From Candidatus Saccharimonadota bacterium (GTDB taxonomy: Bacteria > Patescibacteriota > Patescibacteriia > 2-12-FULL-60-25), in contig OY970357.1 of the NCBI GenBank assembly GCA_963718585.1, forward strand, positions 90,001-122,000: DNA of 32,000 nt, read 5' to 3'. The notes beneath the pieces are model-generated. The model ran no database searches, was not told the origin of the DNA, and worked only from the letters and a program-made list of their open reading frames with translations. Made by a program: the position numbers and the translations under genes. Below, piece after piece: positions 6,843 to 17,390 of the stretch (position 1 is its first letter; every line of letters begins with the position of its first letter).

Positions 6843-7613
6843 ATGCCGGAGCAAAAACCCGCATCCCCGGTCACGAAGCGCCACCGACCCTGGCGCGTGG
6901 TCTGGATCGTGGTGGCCGGATTGACCCTCCTTTTGCTCATCGCCTTCGTCATCGGGGTGATCCAGCGGATCGCGGACATCAAGGCGGGTCGCGTGGACCC
7001 GAACCAGACGCCAGAGCAAGCTGTGTTCCAAGCAAGCCTCTCTAAGAAGTTCGCGGATATGCCATCGACTGCGGACGCGTCACGCGTGGAACCGAAAGAG
7101 GTGCGTCCCACGCTCGGGGATCCGAACGCGAAATTGCGCATCGTCGAATTCCTCGATTACCAATGTCCCTACTGTCGGGAGACCGCACCGGCCGTCCGAT
7201 CGTTCATGGCACGGCACGCGACCGACACGTTGTTGATCGTCCGCGATTTTCCGTTGACGGACATTCATCCGCTCGCGGAAGGGGCGGCGATGGCCGCAGA
7301 CTGCGTGTTCCGCGCGACACCCTCGGTCTATTGGACGTATCACGATCGCCTCTTTGCGAGTCAGAGCGCGGCACAGCCGTCGGATCTTCGATCGTATGCA
7401 AAACAACTTGGCGTCGATATGGCCAAATATGATGTGTGCATCTCATCCAAAGCGCCAGCGCAAGGGATCCAGACATCACTCGATGATGGGCTTGCTGCCG
7501 GGGTCCGCGGGACGCCCACCTTTTTCTTCAATGGCGTGATGATCCAGGGAGCACGTACGCTGTCCGAGCTTGAGGCGATCGCCGCAGAAGCGCGCAAACA
7601 CCTTACAGAATAG
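6843..7613 (+). CDS. DsbA-like thioredoxin-fold thiol:disulfide oxidoreductase, membrane anchored
   Basis: CPYC active-site motif, an N-terminal TM helix (VVWIVVAGLTLLLLIAFVIGV) and a GTPTFFFNG C-terminal motif. The start was trimmed from ORF 6609..7613. Confidence 0.75.
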   Translation: MPEQKPASPVTKRHRPWRVVWIVVAGLTLLLLIAFVIGVIQRIADIKAGRVDPNQTPEQAVFQASLSKKFADMPSTADASRVEPKEVRPTLGDPNAKLRIVEFLDYQCPYCRETAPAVRSFMARHATDTLLIVRDFPLTDIHPLAEGAAMAADCVFRATPSVYWTYHDRLFASQSAAQPSDLRSYAKQLGVDMAKYDVCISSKAPAQGIQTSLDDGLAAGVRGTPTFFFNGVMIQGARTLSELEAIAAEARKHLTE

Positions 7614-7684
7614 TCGCCGTCGCTTTTCACGAGCGGGTCTTGCTCTTGCCACATCCCAAAAGACATGGTAGCCTCGGCGGCAAC

Positions 7685-10570
7685 ATGTCTGCATCCAACG
7701 TCATTTCCATCAAAGGGGCGCGGGCCCATAACTTGAAGAACGTTTCGATCGACCTGCCGAAGGACAAGATGATCGTCGTCACAGGTCTTTCCGGGTCGGG
7801 AAAGTCGTCGCTCGCCTTCGATACGATCCATGCCGAAGGGCAGCGTCGGTACATGGAGAGCCTTTCCTCGTACGCCCGACAGTTCCTCGAGCTGCAGGAC
7901 AAGCCGGATGTCGACGAGATCCTCGGTCTGTCACCGACGATCGCCATCGACCAGAAGTCGTCCTCGCACAATCCGCGATCGACCGTGGGGACGGTGACGG
8001 AGGTGTACGACTTCCTCCGCGTCCTGTATTCGCGCGCCGGTCGCGCACACTGCCCATCATGCGGGAAGCCGGTGAGCGAGCAGACATCGCGGGAGATCGC
8101 GGAGAAGCTCTTGGCATTGGCACAGAAGGCGGATCTGATCCTGCTTGCGCCCATGGTCCGTGAGCAAAAAGGAGAGCACAAGGTCGTACTCCAGGGTGCA
8201 CAGCGTGCTGGATACCGCGAAGTGCGATTCGATGGGATGCTTGTGGATCTCGATGAGATCCTGCGTGTGAAAGTGGACAAGACCCAACCGCATACGGTGG
8301 AGGTCGTCGTGACCAAGATCGAAAAGAAATCGAGCATGGTCCTTGAGAGCCTGCTCGAGATCTTGAAGCAAGCGCTCGACCTCGGGAACGGTCTCGTGCT
8401 CGCGGTCAACGAGGATACGGCAGATGAGACCCTGTTCTCGCAGTCATTGTTTTGCCCGGAGTGCGACATTTCGCTTCCGTCGCTCGAACCGCGCCTGTTC
8501 TCGTTCAACTCACCGCACGGTGCGTGTCCGTCCTGCACCGGTCTCGGGACCAAGCTCGTGCTCGATCCCGAACTCGTCATCCCGAACAAACGGCTGACCA
8601 TCGCGCAGGGGGCGATCAAACCTTGGACGCGCATCGCGGGGAATCAGAATTCGCACATCAAACTGCTCGAAGCCGTCGGCGCAAAGCATGGATTTTCAAT
8701 CAATGAAGAAGTCGGCAAGCTCACGAAAGCGGCGATCACGACCGTCATGGACGGGACCGGCGATGAGGTCTATGACATTGACGGGAAGAAGCTGACCTTC
8801 GGGGGGATCCTCGCCATGCTTGAGGAGAAGTATCGGCAGACGGACTCCGAATACGTGCAAAAGGAGATCGAGACATACATGCGCGTTTTGACCTGTCCGG
8901 AATGCGGCGGCCGGCGTCTGCGGAAGGAGGCCCTGCTCGTCACGATCCTGGACACCGGGATCGCGGATCTCGTCTCCTTGCCGCTTGATGAGTGTTTCAC
9001 CTTTTTCGACAAGCTCGGCAAAGGGCCGAATAGAGTGAAGCCATCCAAGATCGTGAAGACCAAAGCGAATGCAAAGCCGGATCCCATGGGGTTCACGGAA
9101 CGGGAGCGGCTCGTGGTCGATCAGGTCTCGCACGAGATCAAGCGTCGTCTGTCCAACCTTCTCGATGTCGGTCTCGGATACCTCACGCTCGATCGCAGTG
9201 CGATGTCGCTCTCCGGCGGAGAAAGTCAGCGCGTCCGGCTCGCGGTCCAGCTCGGGTCCGAGCTCTCCGGAGTGATCTACATCCTGGACGAGCCGTCGAT
9301 CGGTCTCCATCAGCGCGACAATGACAAATTGATCCTGACCATGAAGCGTTTGCGTGACCTCGGGAACACCGTGGTCGTCGTCGAGCATGACCAAGCCGTG
9401 ATGGAAGCAGCGGATTATGTCGTGGACGTTGGTCCGGGTGCGGGTGAATATGGCGGGGAGATCGTGGCCGAAGGCACGCTCGCAGAAGTGAAGCGCAACA
9501 AAGAATCGCTCACCGGGCAGTATCTCCTCGGCAAGAAGAGTATCGAGACGCCCAAGACGCGTCGCAAGGGCAATGGGAAGAACGTGACGGTGAAGGGCGC
9601 GACTGAATTCAATCTCAAGAACGTGGATTTCAAGGTCCCGCTCGGGAAATTCGTGTGCGTGACCGGCGTTTCCGGATCCGGAAAATCGACGGTCGTGTTG
9701 GATATCCTCGGGCGGTCGCTCTCCGCGCATTTCTACGGCGCCAAAGACCTGCCTGGCGCGCACAAGAGCATCGATGGGATCGACAGCCTCGACAAGGTGG
9801 TGTCCGTGGACCAGTCACCGATCGGCCGGACGCCGCGCTCCAATCCCGCGACGTACACCGGCGTATTCACGGCGATCCGCGATCTCTTCACCGAGATCCC
9901 GGAGGCGAAGATGCGCGGGTATGATGCCGGCAAGTTTTCGTTCAACGTGAAAGGCGGCGGTCGTTGTGAGACCTGCGGCGGGGATGGATATGTCCAGATC
10001 CAGATGCAGTTTCTCCCGGATGTGTATGTCGAGTGCACGGAGTGCCAGGGCAAGCGGTACAACAAAGAGGCGCTTGAGATCCATTATCGCAGCAAGACGA
10101 TCGCCGACATCCTCGACATGACGGTCGAAGAAGCGCGACGTTTCTTCGTCGATCAGCCGTTGATCTATGAAAAGTTGTCCGTTCTGCACGAGGTCGGGCT
10201 TGGATATGTGCGCCTCGGTCAACCGGCGACGACGCTCTCTGGTGGTGAGGCCCAGCGGGTGAAGCTTGCGACCGAGCTCTCACGCCGTGCGACCGGCAAG
10301 ACGCTCTACATCCTGGATGAACCGACGACGGGTCTGCATTTCGACGATATCAAACGATTGCTCCAGGTGTTGCAGGCGCTCGTGGACAAGGGGAACACCG
10401 TCCTCGTGATCGAACACAATCTCGATGTCGTGAAGTCCGCGGATTGGGTGATCGACATGGGCCCCGAGGGGGGTATTCGCGGAGGCGAGATCGTCGCGTT
10501 CGGCACGCCTGAAGAGGTCGCGAAGAGCAAGAAGTCCCTCACGGCGAAATACCTCAAAGCCGTGCTTTGA
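7685..10570 (+). CDS. uvrA: Excinuclease ABC subunit A
   Basis: Two ABC ATPase modules ([14 protein letters not shown] and GVSGSGKST), LSGGE signature motifs and zinc-finger Cys clusters. The start is the [15 protein letters not shown]. Confidence 0.95.
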   Translation: MSASNVISIKGARAHNLKNVSIDLPKDKMIVVTGLSGSGKSSLAFDTIHAEGQRRYMESLSSYARQFLELQDKPDVDEILGLSPTIAIDQKSSSHNPRSTVGTVTEVYDFLRVLYSRAGRAHCPSCGKPVSEQTSREIAEKLLALAQKADLILLAPMVREQKGEHKVVLQGAQRAGYREVRFDGMLVDLDEILRVKVDKTQPHTVEVVVTKIEKKSSMVLESLLEILKQALDLGNGLVLAVNEDTADETLFSQSLFCPECDISLPSLEPRLFSFNSPHGACPSCTGLGTKLVLDPELVIPNKRLTIAQGAIKPWTRIAGNQNSHIKLLEAVGAKHGFSINEEVGKLTKAAITTVMDGTGDEVYDIDGKKLTFGGILAMLEEKYRQTDSEYVQKEIETYMRVLTCPECGGRRLRKEALLVTILDTGIADLVSLPLDECFTFFDKLGKGPNRVKPSKIVKTKANAKPDPMGFTERERLVVDQVSHEIKRRLSNLLDVGLGYLTLDRSAMSLSGGESQRVRLAVQLGSELSGVIYILDEPSIGLHQRDNDKLILTMKRLRDLGNTVVVVEHDQAVMEAADYVVDVGPGAGEYGGEIVAEGTLAEVKRNKESLTGQYLLGKKSIETPKTRRKGNGKNVTVKGATEFNLKNVDFKVPLGKFVCVTGVSGSGKSTVVLDILGRSLSAHFYGAKDLPGAHKSIDGIDSLDKVVSVDQSPIGRTPRSNPATYTGVFTAIRDLFTEIPEAKMRGYDAGKFSFNVKGGGRCETCGGDGYVQIQMQFLPDVYVECTECQGKRYNKEALEIHYRSKTIADILDMTVEEARRFFVDQPLIYEKLSVLHEVGLGYVRLGQPATTLSGGEAQRVKLATELSRRATGKTLYILDEPTTGLHFDDIKRLLQVLQALVDKGNTVLVIEHNLDVVKSADWVIDMGPEGGIRGGEIVAFGTPEEVAKSKKSLTAKYLKAVL

Positions 10571-10588
10571 CCCTGAGACTCTGGTACG

Positions 10589-11455
10589 ATGGCGCGCATG
10601 AAGCGCGCCATCTTGGTTCTCCTCGCCCTTGGTCTACCGTTCGCCGCTCTAGCCGCGGCACCGGATGCTTTTCAGAGTCACCTGTCCGCTGATAAGACCG
10701 ACGTAAAGGCGGATGGGATCGATATGGCGCGGATCACGGTCACGGTCCGGGATCAAAATCTCATTCCGCTAGTCGGGGCGAAGGTGGTGATCACGTCATC
10801 GCGTGGGAGCGCGGATGCGATCGTCGCGGAGACGAACGACACCGACCTCCTGGGAAAGGAGTATTTCGACGTCCGTTCGCTGAAGAACGGCACCGCGGAT
10901 CTCACAGCGACCGCGGATGGAGTCCCGTTGCAGAAGACCGTCACGATCTCGTTCGGCGGCGGACTCACGTTTGATCTCAAGGACGGCGACCTCATCAAGA
11001 TCCCGGATGACGGCGACGTCGCGACCTTGAATGATACGGCCGTCTACTTTTACGCCGCGGATGGCAAGAGGTATGTCTTCCCGAATGAGAAGGTCTACTT
11101 CACGTGGTTTCCCGATTTTTCCAAAGTGCGTACCATTCCGATCGATCAGATGTCGCTGATCCCCATCGGAGGGAATGTGACATATAAAGCCGGTTCGAAA
11201 CTCGTGAAGTTCCAAACCGATCCCAAGACGTACCTTCCCACCAAAGGAGGAGTGCTCCGGTGGGTCCAGAGCGAGCAGGCCGCCCGTGATCTCTTCGGCG
11301 CAGATTGGAATGCGCAGGTGGATGACATCACGGAAGCTTTTTATGTGAACTATACCTTCGGTTCTCCGATCGCGAGCGCTCTTGATGCACCGCTCGATAT
11401 CATCCGGACCGGCGGGGGTACCATCGACACGGACAAAGGGCTCCAGGTGTACTGA
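10589..11455 (+). CDS. Secreted protein with bacterial Ig-like (Big_1/invasin-like) domain
   Basis: Signal peptide MKRAILVLLALGLPFAALAA. An Ig-like segment (KADGIDMARITVTVRDQNLIPLVGAKVVITSS...DLTATADG) follows. The start may instead be 10598. Confidence 0.55.
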   Translation: MARMKRAILVLLALGLPFAALAAAPDAFQSHLSADKTDVKADGIDMARITVTVRDQNLIPLVGAKVVITSSRGSADAIVAETNDTDLLGKEYFDVRSLKNGTADLTATADGVPLQKTVTISFGGGLTFDLKDGDLIKIPDDGDVATLNDTAVYFYAADGKRYVFPNEKVYFTWFPDFSKVRTIPIDQMSLIPIGGNVTYKAGSKLVKFQTDPKTYLPTKGGVLRWVQSEQAARDLFGADWNAQVDDITEAFYVNYTFGSPIASALDAPLDIIRTGGGTIDTDKGLQVY

Positions 11456-11488
11456 ATCGCCGTTCGTTCCCTGGCGTCATATCGAGAA

Positions 11489-11511
11489 CCCCGCCTTTCC
11501 GAAGGGCGGGG
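11489..11511. terminator. Hairpin between convergent genes (possible bidirectional terminator)
   Basis: CCCCGCC...GGCGGGG 7-bp GC stem. The U-tracts are weak on both strands. Confidence 0.35.
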
Positions 11512-11538
11512 TCAGACCGAACGCGCGTGTGCGTCCGT

Positions 11539-12480
11539 TTATTTTTTTGACTTCTGAGAGACGACGGAGGTGACCGTCACTGTTTGGGACGCGATGGTGA
11601 TGTCCGGCATCATCTGGAGCTCTTCCAGGATGTTTTGAGCGAGATCATTGTGGATGATCCGACGTTCGCGCACATCAACGACATATCGGATGTGAAGCAT
11701 GATCCAGTTGTCGGTTGGAGTCACGAAGATCTTGGGTTCGATATTGCGTTTTGACAGGTAGTACTTCTCCTCGAGGTGCGATATCTCCCGTTCTGCTTGC
11801 TTGGTCCTTACGGCCGTCTTTGTTTTTACGATGGCCTGGATGAGGTCGATCGCTTTTTTCCAGTCGCTCGCATACGTGACGGGGATCGCCATCTCATCCC
11901 AGATGAATTTATGGTCTTTGGTGTAGTTGTACACGGGCGATGAGAGAACCCGTCCATTCGGCAACTGGGTGATCCGACCGGTCGTTTGGTCACCGTCGAC
12001 CCATCCGCGCAGTTCCAGCAACCGGGTATAGAACAGGCCGATATCGATGACATCGCCGAACGTGGAATCGACTTCGATCCGGTCTCCGACGCGGTATGTG
12101 GCATTCAGGAAAATGGCGAGTGCGCCGGCGAAGTTCTTGAAGACGTCCTGAAGGGCTATGGCAACGCCGGCTGCGACCAGACCGTAGGCGACGAGGAGCG
12201 CCTGGGGATTGATGATCCAGATCCGGAGGATGATGATGGATGAGAGAACGATGAACAGGAGCTGTGTGGTCTTTCGGAACGTATACCGCGTCTTGGAATC
12301 ATGGATCCGTTGGCTGACAAAGCCCTCGAGGACAAGCTTCAGGAAAAAATACGAAATGGCGATGGCAATGAGGCTGTACGTCACCTTGGTCAGGTCCGTA
12401 TTCTGATATTGGAGATCGATGAACCAAGCGAGCCCTGCAAGGCCACACAAGATGAGGAAATTGATCAGTTTATTGAGCAT
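11539..12480 (-). CDS. Small-conductance mechanosensitive channel (MscS family)
   Basis: 313 aa starting at MLNKLINFLIL, with TM helices followed by the MscS beta-domain signature (VGDRIEVDSTFGDVIDIGLFYTRL). The rest of ORF 11539..13005 is a read-through artefact. GC is lower than in the neighbours. Confidence 0.8.
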   Translation of the reverse strand: MLNKLINFLILCGLAGLAWFIDLQYQNTDLTKVTYSLIAIAISYFFLKLVLEGFVSQRIHDSKTRYTFRKTTQLLFIVLSSIIILRIWIINPQALLVAYGLVAAGVAIALQDVFKNFAGALAIFLNATYRVGDRIEVDSTFGDVIDIGLFYTRLLELRGWVDGDQTTGRITQLPNGRVLSSPVYNYTKDHKFIWDEMAIPVTYASDWKKAIDLIQAIVKTKTAVRTKQAEREISHLEEKYYLSKRNIEPKIFVTPTDNWIMLHIRYVVDVRERRIIHNDLAQNILEELQMMPDITIASQTVTVTSVVSQKSKK

Positions 12481-12585
12481 GGACTCTGCATGTGGACTGA
12501 CGTGATCATGTGCAGGATACCATGAATGGGTTCGACGTGGATCCTGATCCGTTAGCTGGTGGATCTCAGGATGACGGATCCAGGA

Positions 12586-12613
12586 TACGAAAACCCCCGG
12601 GGGACCGGGGGTT
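12586..12613 (-). terminator. Intrinsic terminator after rplS
   Basis: Minus strand ACCCCCGG-TCCC-CCGGGGGT followed by TTTTCG. Confidence 0.65.
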
Positions 12614-12617
12614 TGAT

Positions 12618-12959
12618 TTACGCCTTGTGGATCTCTTTGAGCTTCTTCTTGCTCGTGCGGATGTAGCCGATGTGCTTGCGCCGCGTCTTGAACTGGCGGA
12701 CGAGCTCGATCTTCGCGATGATCGGGGAAGCGGTCGGATAGATGCGCTCCACGCCGATCCCTTCGGAGATCTTGCGGACGGTCATCGTGCGGTGGATGCC
12801 TGCGCCGCGCACGTTCAACACGGTCCCTTCGAAGACCTGGATGCGTTCCTTCTCTTCGCCCTTGGTGTTGATCTCCTTGAGCTTCTGATGGACGCGGATG
12901 AGCATGCCCGTGCGGACGTCTTCCGGCTTGAGGATGTCGTGTTTGGCGGTTTGTGCCAT
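12618..12959 (-). CDS. rplS: 50S ribosomal protein L19
   Basis: [10 protein letters not shown]...GDRIQVFEG-like core ([27 protein letters not shown]), 113 aa. Confidence 0.9.
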   Translation of the reverse strand: MAQTAKHDILKPEDVRTGMLIRVHQKLKEINTKGEEKERIQVFEGTVLNVRGAGIHRTMTVRKISEGIGVERIYPTASPIIAKIELVRQFKTRRKHIGYIRTSKKKLKEIHKA

Positions 12960-13001
12960 ATCGTTGATGTGGCGCAAGAATACGGGAAAACGCGGATCCC
13001 G

Positions 13002-13574
13002 TCAAGCCGCGCCGTGAGGTGCGTTTCCAAGCGCATCGAGGATGCGGGCGGCCGTCTCTTCCGGGCCCTTCATGTCCGTCGTGTCCAGGATGAGGTCGTA
13101 ATGTGCCTGTTCGAGATGGCTGACCCCGTAATATTTGGTATATCGCCGGACGTCGGAATCGGTCCGGGCTGTAATGGCATCAATCGCGGCTTCCGGCGTC
13201 GCATATTCCGGCTCATCGGAACGGCCTTCGTGCGCAAGCTTCCGCGCCTCGCAGATCCGTCGAGCCGCCTCGTCCACGCGGCAATCCAGGAAGACCTTGA
13301 ACGAGTGGGGGATGAAGTGCCAGGAGAGTCGCCCTTCGATCACGAAGTCCTTCTCTCTTTCTCCCAGCTCCCGTTGGTAGTCGTCCACGATCTTGTCCGT
13401 GAATGCCTCTTTTTCGCCGAGGGCATTCAGTTCATCGAGCGTCATGCCGCGTTCGATCGCCATCTTGCCGCGCAGGCCTCCCATGGAATAGAACGGGACG
13501 CCGAGTTTCTTTGCGAGGATCTTCGCGACAGAGGTCTTGCCCGATCCGGGAACACCGGAGATGGAGATGATCAT
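13002..13574 (-). CDS. cmk: Archaeal-type cytidylate kinase-like P-loop kinase
   Basis: MIISISGVPGSGKTS Walker A motif. The ~190-aa length and layout fit the Cytidylate_kin2 family. Confidence 0.6.
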   Translation of the reverse strand: MIISISGVPGSGKTSVAKILAKKLGVPFYSMGGLRGKMAIERGMTLDELNALGEKEAFTDKIVDDYQRELGEREKDFVIEGRLSWHFIPHSFKVFLDCRVDEAARRICEARKLAHEGRSDEPEYATPEAAIDAITARTDSDVRRYTKYYGVSHLEQAHYDLILDTTDMKGPEETAARILDALGNAPHGAA

Positions 13575-13578
13575 GGGA

Positions 13579-14508
13579 TCACAGGGTCTTCATGACGTCT
13601 TCGAACGATGGATCCGGCGCAATGTCATATGTACGCAATTCGCCGGTCACGGGATCATTGAATCCGATGTGCACGCTTTGAAGGAGGAGCCGCGGTGCTT
13701 TGATGTTCCGGTCTTCGGCGCGGCGTTTATACAGCGGATCGCCGATCACCGGATGTCCGAAGGCGAGGAAGTGTGCACGGATCTGGTGCGTGCGACCGGA
13801 CAGGATCGTGCACTCGACGAGCGTCGCCCCGCGGAATCGCTTCAAGACCGTGTAATGCGTCCAGGCGGCCTTTCCACCTTCTTCCGATTCGGGTCGGGCG
13901 GCCATCCGATTCCGTGTTTTTGATCGCGCGATCCGGAATTTGAGTTCGCCTTCATCCTCCGGGATCTCGCCATACACGAGTGCGAGATACCGCTTGTCGA
14001 TCGTATGTTGGGAGAACTGTTTTTTGAGATGTTCGAACGCGTCCTGCGTGCGTGCGACGAGCATGAGTCCGCTGACATCGCGGTCCAATCGGTGGATGAT
14101 CCCGGGGCGTTGGGGGTCCTCACCGATCTTCGCGATCGACGGATCGCGGGCAAGGATCGCTTCCACAAGCGTCCCGCTGTGTAGCTTCGTATTCGGATGG
14201 ACAAGGACGCCGACAGGTTTGTCGATCACGTAGTAGGCCGGGGTCTCATCGATGATGTGGATCTCCGGCGGAGGGAGGTCCATTTCCGGCGTTGAGCCTA
14301 CGGGAGCGTCATCAAAGATGACCGTATCCCCTGGATTGAGGAAGCGATGGACCGTCGCCGGTCGGCCATTTACGGTCCCGGCACCGCTCTTGAGGAGCTT
14401 GGCTGCCCGGCTGCGTGTGAGCTCCGGGATCGCGTCCGCCAAAAAGACGTCGAGCCGTTCACCCGCGTTTTCCTGGGAAATCGTCCATGTCCGTTTCATC
14501 GGCCGCAT
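13579..14508 (-). CDS. rluD: RluA-family pseudouridine synthase (RluD-like) with N-terminal S4 domain
   Basis: HRLDRDVSGLMLVART catalytic motif, with ERLDVFL...SRSRAAKLL as the S4-like N-terminus. The start may instead be 14499. Confidence 0.85.
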   Translation of the reverse strand: MRPMKRTWTISQENAGERLDVFLADAIPELTRSRAAKLLKSGAGTVNGRPATVHRFLNPGDTVIFDDAPVGSTPEMDLPPPEIHIIDETPAYYVIDKPVGVLVHPNTKLHSGTLVEAILARDPSIAKIGEDPQRPGIIHRLDRDVSGLMLVARTQDAFEHLKKQFSQHTIDKRYLALVYGEIPEDEGELKFRIARSKTRNRMAARPESEEGGKAAWTHYTVLKRFRGATLVECTILSGRTHQIRAHFLAFGHPVIGDPLYKRRAEDRNIKAPRLLLQSVHIGFNDPVTGELRTYDIAPDPSFEDVMKTL

Positions 14509-14532
14509 GATAGCATAGGATTGATTTTCGTC

Positions 14533-16392
14533 ATGCCCCGTTCACGCACCGTCTCTGGGATCGTCTTTTCGTTCATGCCCGTGTTCGCGGTCATCGGATT
14601 TGCCGTTGCCGGTGTCGTTGCGTTGGTGGTCGGGCCAGCAACAGGCTCTATCGTGCTCGCGGTGGTGCTTGTCGTCGGGACGTTTCCGTATGCGTGGCGG
14701 ATCCTTTCGGACATGTTCCGCGGTCATTTGGGTGTGGATGTCATCGCGCTCCTCGCGATCGCTGGCGCGCTTGCATTTGACCAATGGATCGCCGGAGCCG
14801 TGATCCTTTTCATGCTTTCCGGTGGCGAGGCGCTTGAGGAATACGCCCTTCGTCGCGCCCGACGTCAGCTGACGCTCCTCCTATCGAACGCGCCTTCCAT
14901 TGCGCATGTTTCGCTGAAAGGAAAGTTGAAGGATGTCTCGGTCATGGAGGTGAAAGTCGGCGACGTGCTCGTCGTGAAGGCAGGAGAGACCGTTCCTGTC
15001 GACGCGATCATCGTCAAAGGGGTATCCGCGCTCGATGAGTCCCGTCTCACCGGCGAACCCCTCCCGGTCGAAAAAGGACCACACAGTCTCGTGATGAGCG
15101 GGAGTGTGAACATGGAGGCAGTGCTGACCGTGCAGGCCGTGCGGACCGCGGAACAAAGTCGATACGGGCAGATCATCCAGCTGGTCCGCGAGGCGGAAGA
15201 GAGTCGGGCGCCGATCATCCGCATCGCGGATCGCTACAGCGTCGGTTTTACCGCCGTGACCCTCGCGATCGCCGGTGGAGCGTGGTGGCTGTCCGGCGAT
15301 CCGATCCGCGCGTTGTCCGTCCTGGTGGTCGCCACGCCATGTCCGTTGATCGTCGCCACACCGGTCGCGATCATGTCCGGGATCAGTCGCGCGGCAAAAC
15401 GCGGGATCGTGGTCAAAGACGGCGGTGCGCTTGAGGTCTTGGGACGTGCGAAAGCATTCGTCCTCGATAAGACAGGGACGATCACGCTTGGAACGCCGAA
15501 GGTGGCCGGCGTGCTGCATGGTGAGGTGCCGGAAGGTGAGGTGTTGCGGATCGCCGCGTCCTTGGATCAACTTTCCAACCACGTTTTGGCGCGGTCCCTT
15601 GTGATGTACGCAAAGGAGCAGGGCGCGCATCTGGAGATCCCGTCGGATTTTCATGAAGAGATCGCATCGGGCGTGAGCGGGACGCTCGACGGGACGCCGT
15701 ATGCATTCGGCAAGCTCGCGTTCCTTGAAGCGCGCGGTGTGGTGATCCCGTCCGAAGTCAGGCGGACGCATGAAGAAGGTCGGAATGCCGGGACCAAATC
15801 CGTCTACCTCGCTACAGGAACGACATACGTCGGCGGCGTAAGCTTTTCGGACACGGTCCGTCCGCACATCAAGAGCATGTTCCACGAGATGGCGCGTCAT
15901 GGGGTCACGGAGGTGCTCATGCTGACGGGGGATAAGACGTCCGTGGCCATGGAGATCGCGCAAAAAGTCGGGATCAAGCAGTTCCGCGGAGATTGTCTGC
16001 CGGAGGATAAAGTGGCAGAGGTCAAGAAGTTGCAAAAGAGGGTATCTCCCGTCGCCATGGTGGGTGACGGGGTGAATGATGCACCGGCGCTGGCGGTCGC
16101 GGATGTCGGGATCGCGATGGGGGCGAACGGAGCGACCGCTGCATCGGAGACCGCAGACATCGTCATCACCGTAGATCAGTTCGAGCGCGTGGGCGAGGCG
16201 TATCACATCGCCCGGCGGATGCTCGCCATCGCGTTGGAGAGCATCTGGATCGGGATCGGCGTGAGCGTCCTTTTGATGGTCGTCGCGGCCTTTGGAGGGA
16301 TCCTGCCGATCCAGGGCGCGATCACGCAGGAGGTGCTCGACGTCGCCGTCATTTTGAATGCATTACGCGTCCACGGGACGCGGCTTGAGTGA
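14533..16392 (+). CDS. P1B-type heavy-metal-translocating ATPase lacking an N-terminal metal-binding domain
   Basis: DKTGTIT phosphorylation motif, GDGVNDAPAL hinge and transmembrane TPCPLIVATP (a PCP motif rather than CPC). The start was trimmed to the MPRSRTV ATG. Confidence 0.85.
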   Translation: MPRSRTVSGIVFSFMPVFAVIGFAVAGVVALVVGPATGSIVLAVVLVVGTFPYAWRILSDMFRGHLGVDVIALLAIAGALAFDQWIAGAVILFMLSGGEALEEYALRRARRQLTLLLSNAPSIAHVSLKGKLKDVSVMEVKVGDVLVVKAGETVPVDAIIVKGVSALDESRLTGEPLPVEKGPHSLVMSGSVNMEAVLTVQAVRTAEQSRYGQIIQLVREAEESRAPIIRIADRYSVGFTAVTLAIAGGAWWLSGDPIRALSVLVVATPCPLIVATPVAIMSGISRAAKRGIVVKDGGALEVLGRAKAFVLDKTGTITLGTPKVAGVLHGEVPEGEVLRIAASLDQLSNHVLARSLVMYAKEQGAHLEIPSDFHEEIASGVSGTLDGTPYAFGKLAFLEARGVVIPSEVRRTHEEGRNAGTKSVYLATGTTYVGGVSFSDTVRPHIKSMFHEMARHGVTEVLMLTGDKTSVAMEIAQKVGIKQFRGDCLPEDKVAEVKKLQKRVSPVAMVGDGVNDAPALAVADVGIAMGANGATAASETADIVITVDQFERVGEAYHIARRMLAIALESIWIGIGVSVLLMVVAAFGGILPIQGAITQEVLDVAVILNALRVHGTRLE

Positions 16393-16423
16393 ACCGTCGG
16401 GTCGTCAGGAACCCTTTCATACC

Positions 16424-16452
16424 TTGACGAAAGCGAAAATCCCTGATATACA
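16424..16452 (+). promoter_or_regulatory. Promoter TTGACG-N17-TATACA
   Basis: Exact 17-nt spacer. It implies a transcription start (TSS) near 16459 and therefore favours the TTG start at 16479, which is preceded by AAGGAGG (16467-16473). Confidence 0.5.
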
Positions 16453-16454
16453 GG

Positions 16455-16952
16455 ATGGACTTGATCAAGGAGGTTGAGTTGGCTCAGGTCATCGTTCTTT
16501 CCAGGTCCGTGTGGTCCGGCGGTCGCCGGTTTCATGACATGTGCGCGGCCCTTGAAGGGCTGGCCATGCGAGAGATCCCGCCGGCGCATCCGGCGTTCCA
16601 GCACATCCGTCGGCAGGTCCGAAGGATGCTCCGGCACAAGGATCTTCCGGAGATGGATCTCACCCGCGAAGAGGTCGAACAGCTCGGCGAGCTGATCGAT
16701 GTCTCGCCGAGCGTCCGCGCTCGCGATGAGATCTTCCTCGTCTCGCTCGTCCGGCTCAAGAAGGAGTCGGGGTTCGATCCCATGGAGATGCCGGGTTCCC
16801 GGCTCCCCGAGGAGTTGATCGACGCCTATCTGAACCAGCGAAACGCCTTCGGCGTCGTCGCGCTTGCGTGGCAACACTACACGCATGCAGACGACATGCA
16901 TCTCAAAAAAGAGGATGTCCTTCGCGCCAACGGTGTGCGACAGGACGCCTGA
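16455..16952 (+). CDS. Hypothetical protein
   Basis: Balanced composition, unlike the Arg-rich antisense ORF 16203..16973. The likely true start is TTG 16479 with an AAGGAGG SD 5 nt upstream. A terminator-like hairpin follows. Confidence 0.5.
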   Translation: MDLIKEVELAQVIVLSRSVWSGGRRFHDMCAALEGLAMREIPPAHPAFQHIRRQVRRMLRHKDLPEMDLTREEVEQLGELIDVSPSVRARDEIFLVSLVRLKKESGFDPMEMPGSRLPEELIDAYLNQRNAFGVVALAWQHYTHADDMHLKKEDVLRANGVRQDA

Positions 16953-16980
16953 TCGTCCCCGCGCTCCGCGCATCTAAACA

Positions 16981-17010
16981 AGCCCTCGTTGATCGGGGGC
17001 TTTTTCTTTT
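16981..17010. terminator. Weak hairpin + T-run between convergent genes
   Basis: AGCCC...GGGCT 5-bp stem followed by TTTTTCTTTT. Confidence 0.35.
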
Positions 17011-17018
17011 CGTTCAGC

Positions 17019-17351
17019 TCACGCGGCCTTTCTGTCTTGTGAGATTTTGAATCGATCCACGATGCGGTCAAACGCTTCGCCGATCTTCAGATAGGCTTGT
17101 GCCGGATCCTTGGTCTCCGCGAAGATCTTTTGGAGTTCCGGGCGGAGATAGTCGATGAGCTTGTCTGCTTCCGGGAGATCCTTGGGGATGTTCCGCGCAT
17201 GTTTTACGAACTCGTTCCGCGCGTTTTCCACGATACGCATGAGGGATCTCGCCGCACCTGGATCACCGATGGCACGGAGGGTTTGATATTCATGTACGAG
17301 ACGTTCGCCGACAGACGGAGCGCGTTCGGCGGATTCAAGGGAGTGTGGCAT
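17019..17351 (-). CDS. Hypothetical small helical protein
   Basis: 110-aa ORF with balanced composition. I recognise no motif. Confidence 0.45.
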   Translation of the reverse strand: MPHSLESAERAPSVGERLVHEYQTLRAIGDPGAARSLMRIVENARNEFVKHARNIPKDLPEADKLIDYLRPELQKIFAETKDPAQAYLKIGEAFDRIVDRFKISQDRKAA

Positions 17352-17390
17352 ATGGGAGGAGGATAGCTGAAGCGATGTGTTCGTCCAACC

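Noticed and set aside
11539-13005. 488-aa ORF suggesting a large MscS fusion protein
   Set aside because: The N-terminal 175 aa are Arg/His/Pro-rich read-through across the rplS region on the same strand in another frame. A proper ATG (12480) with an MscS-like N-terminus and the rplS terminator upstream define the real 313-aa gene.
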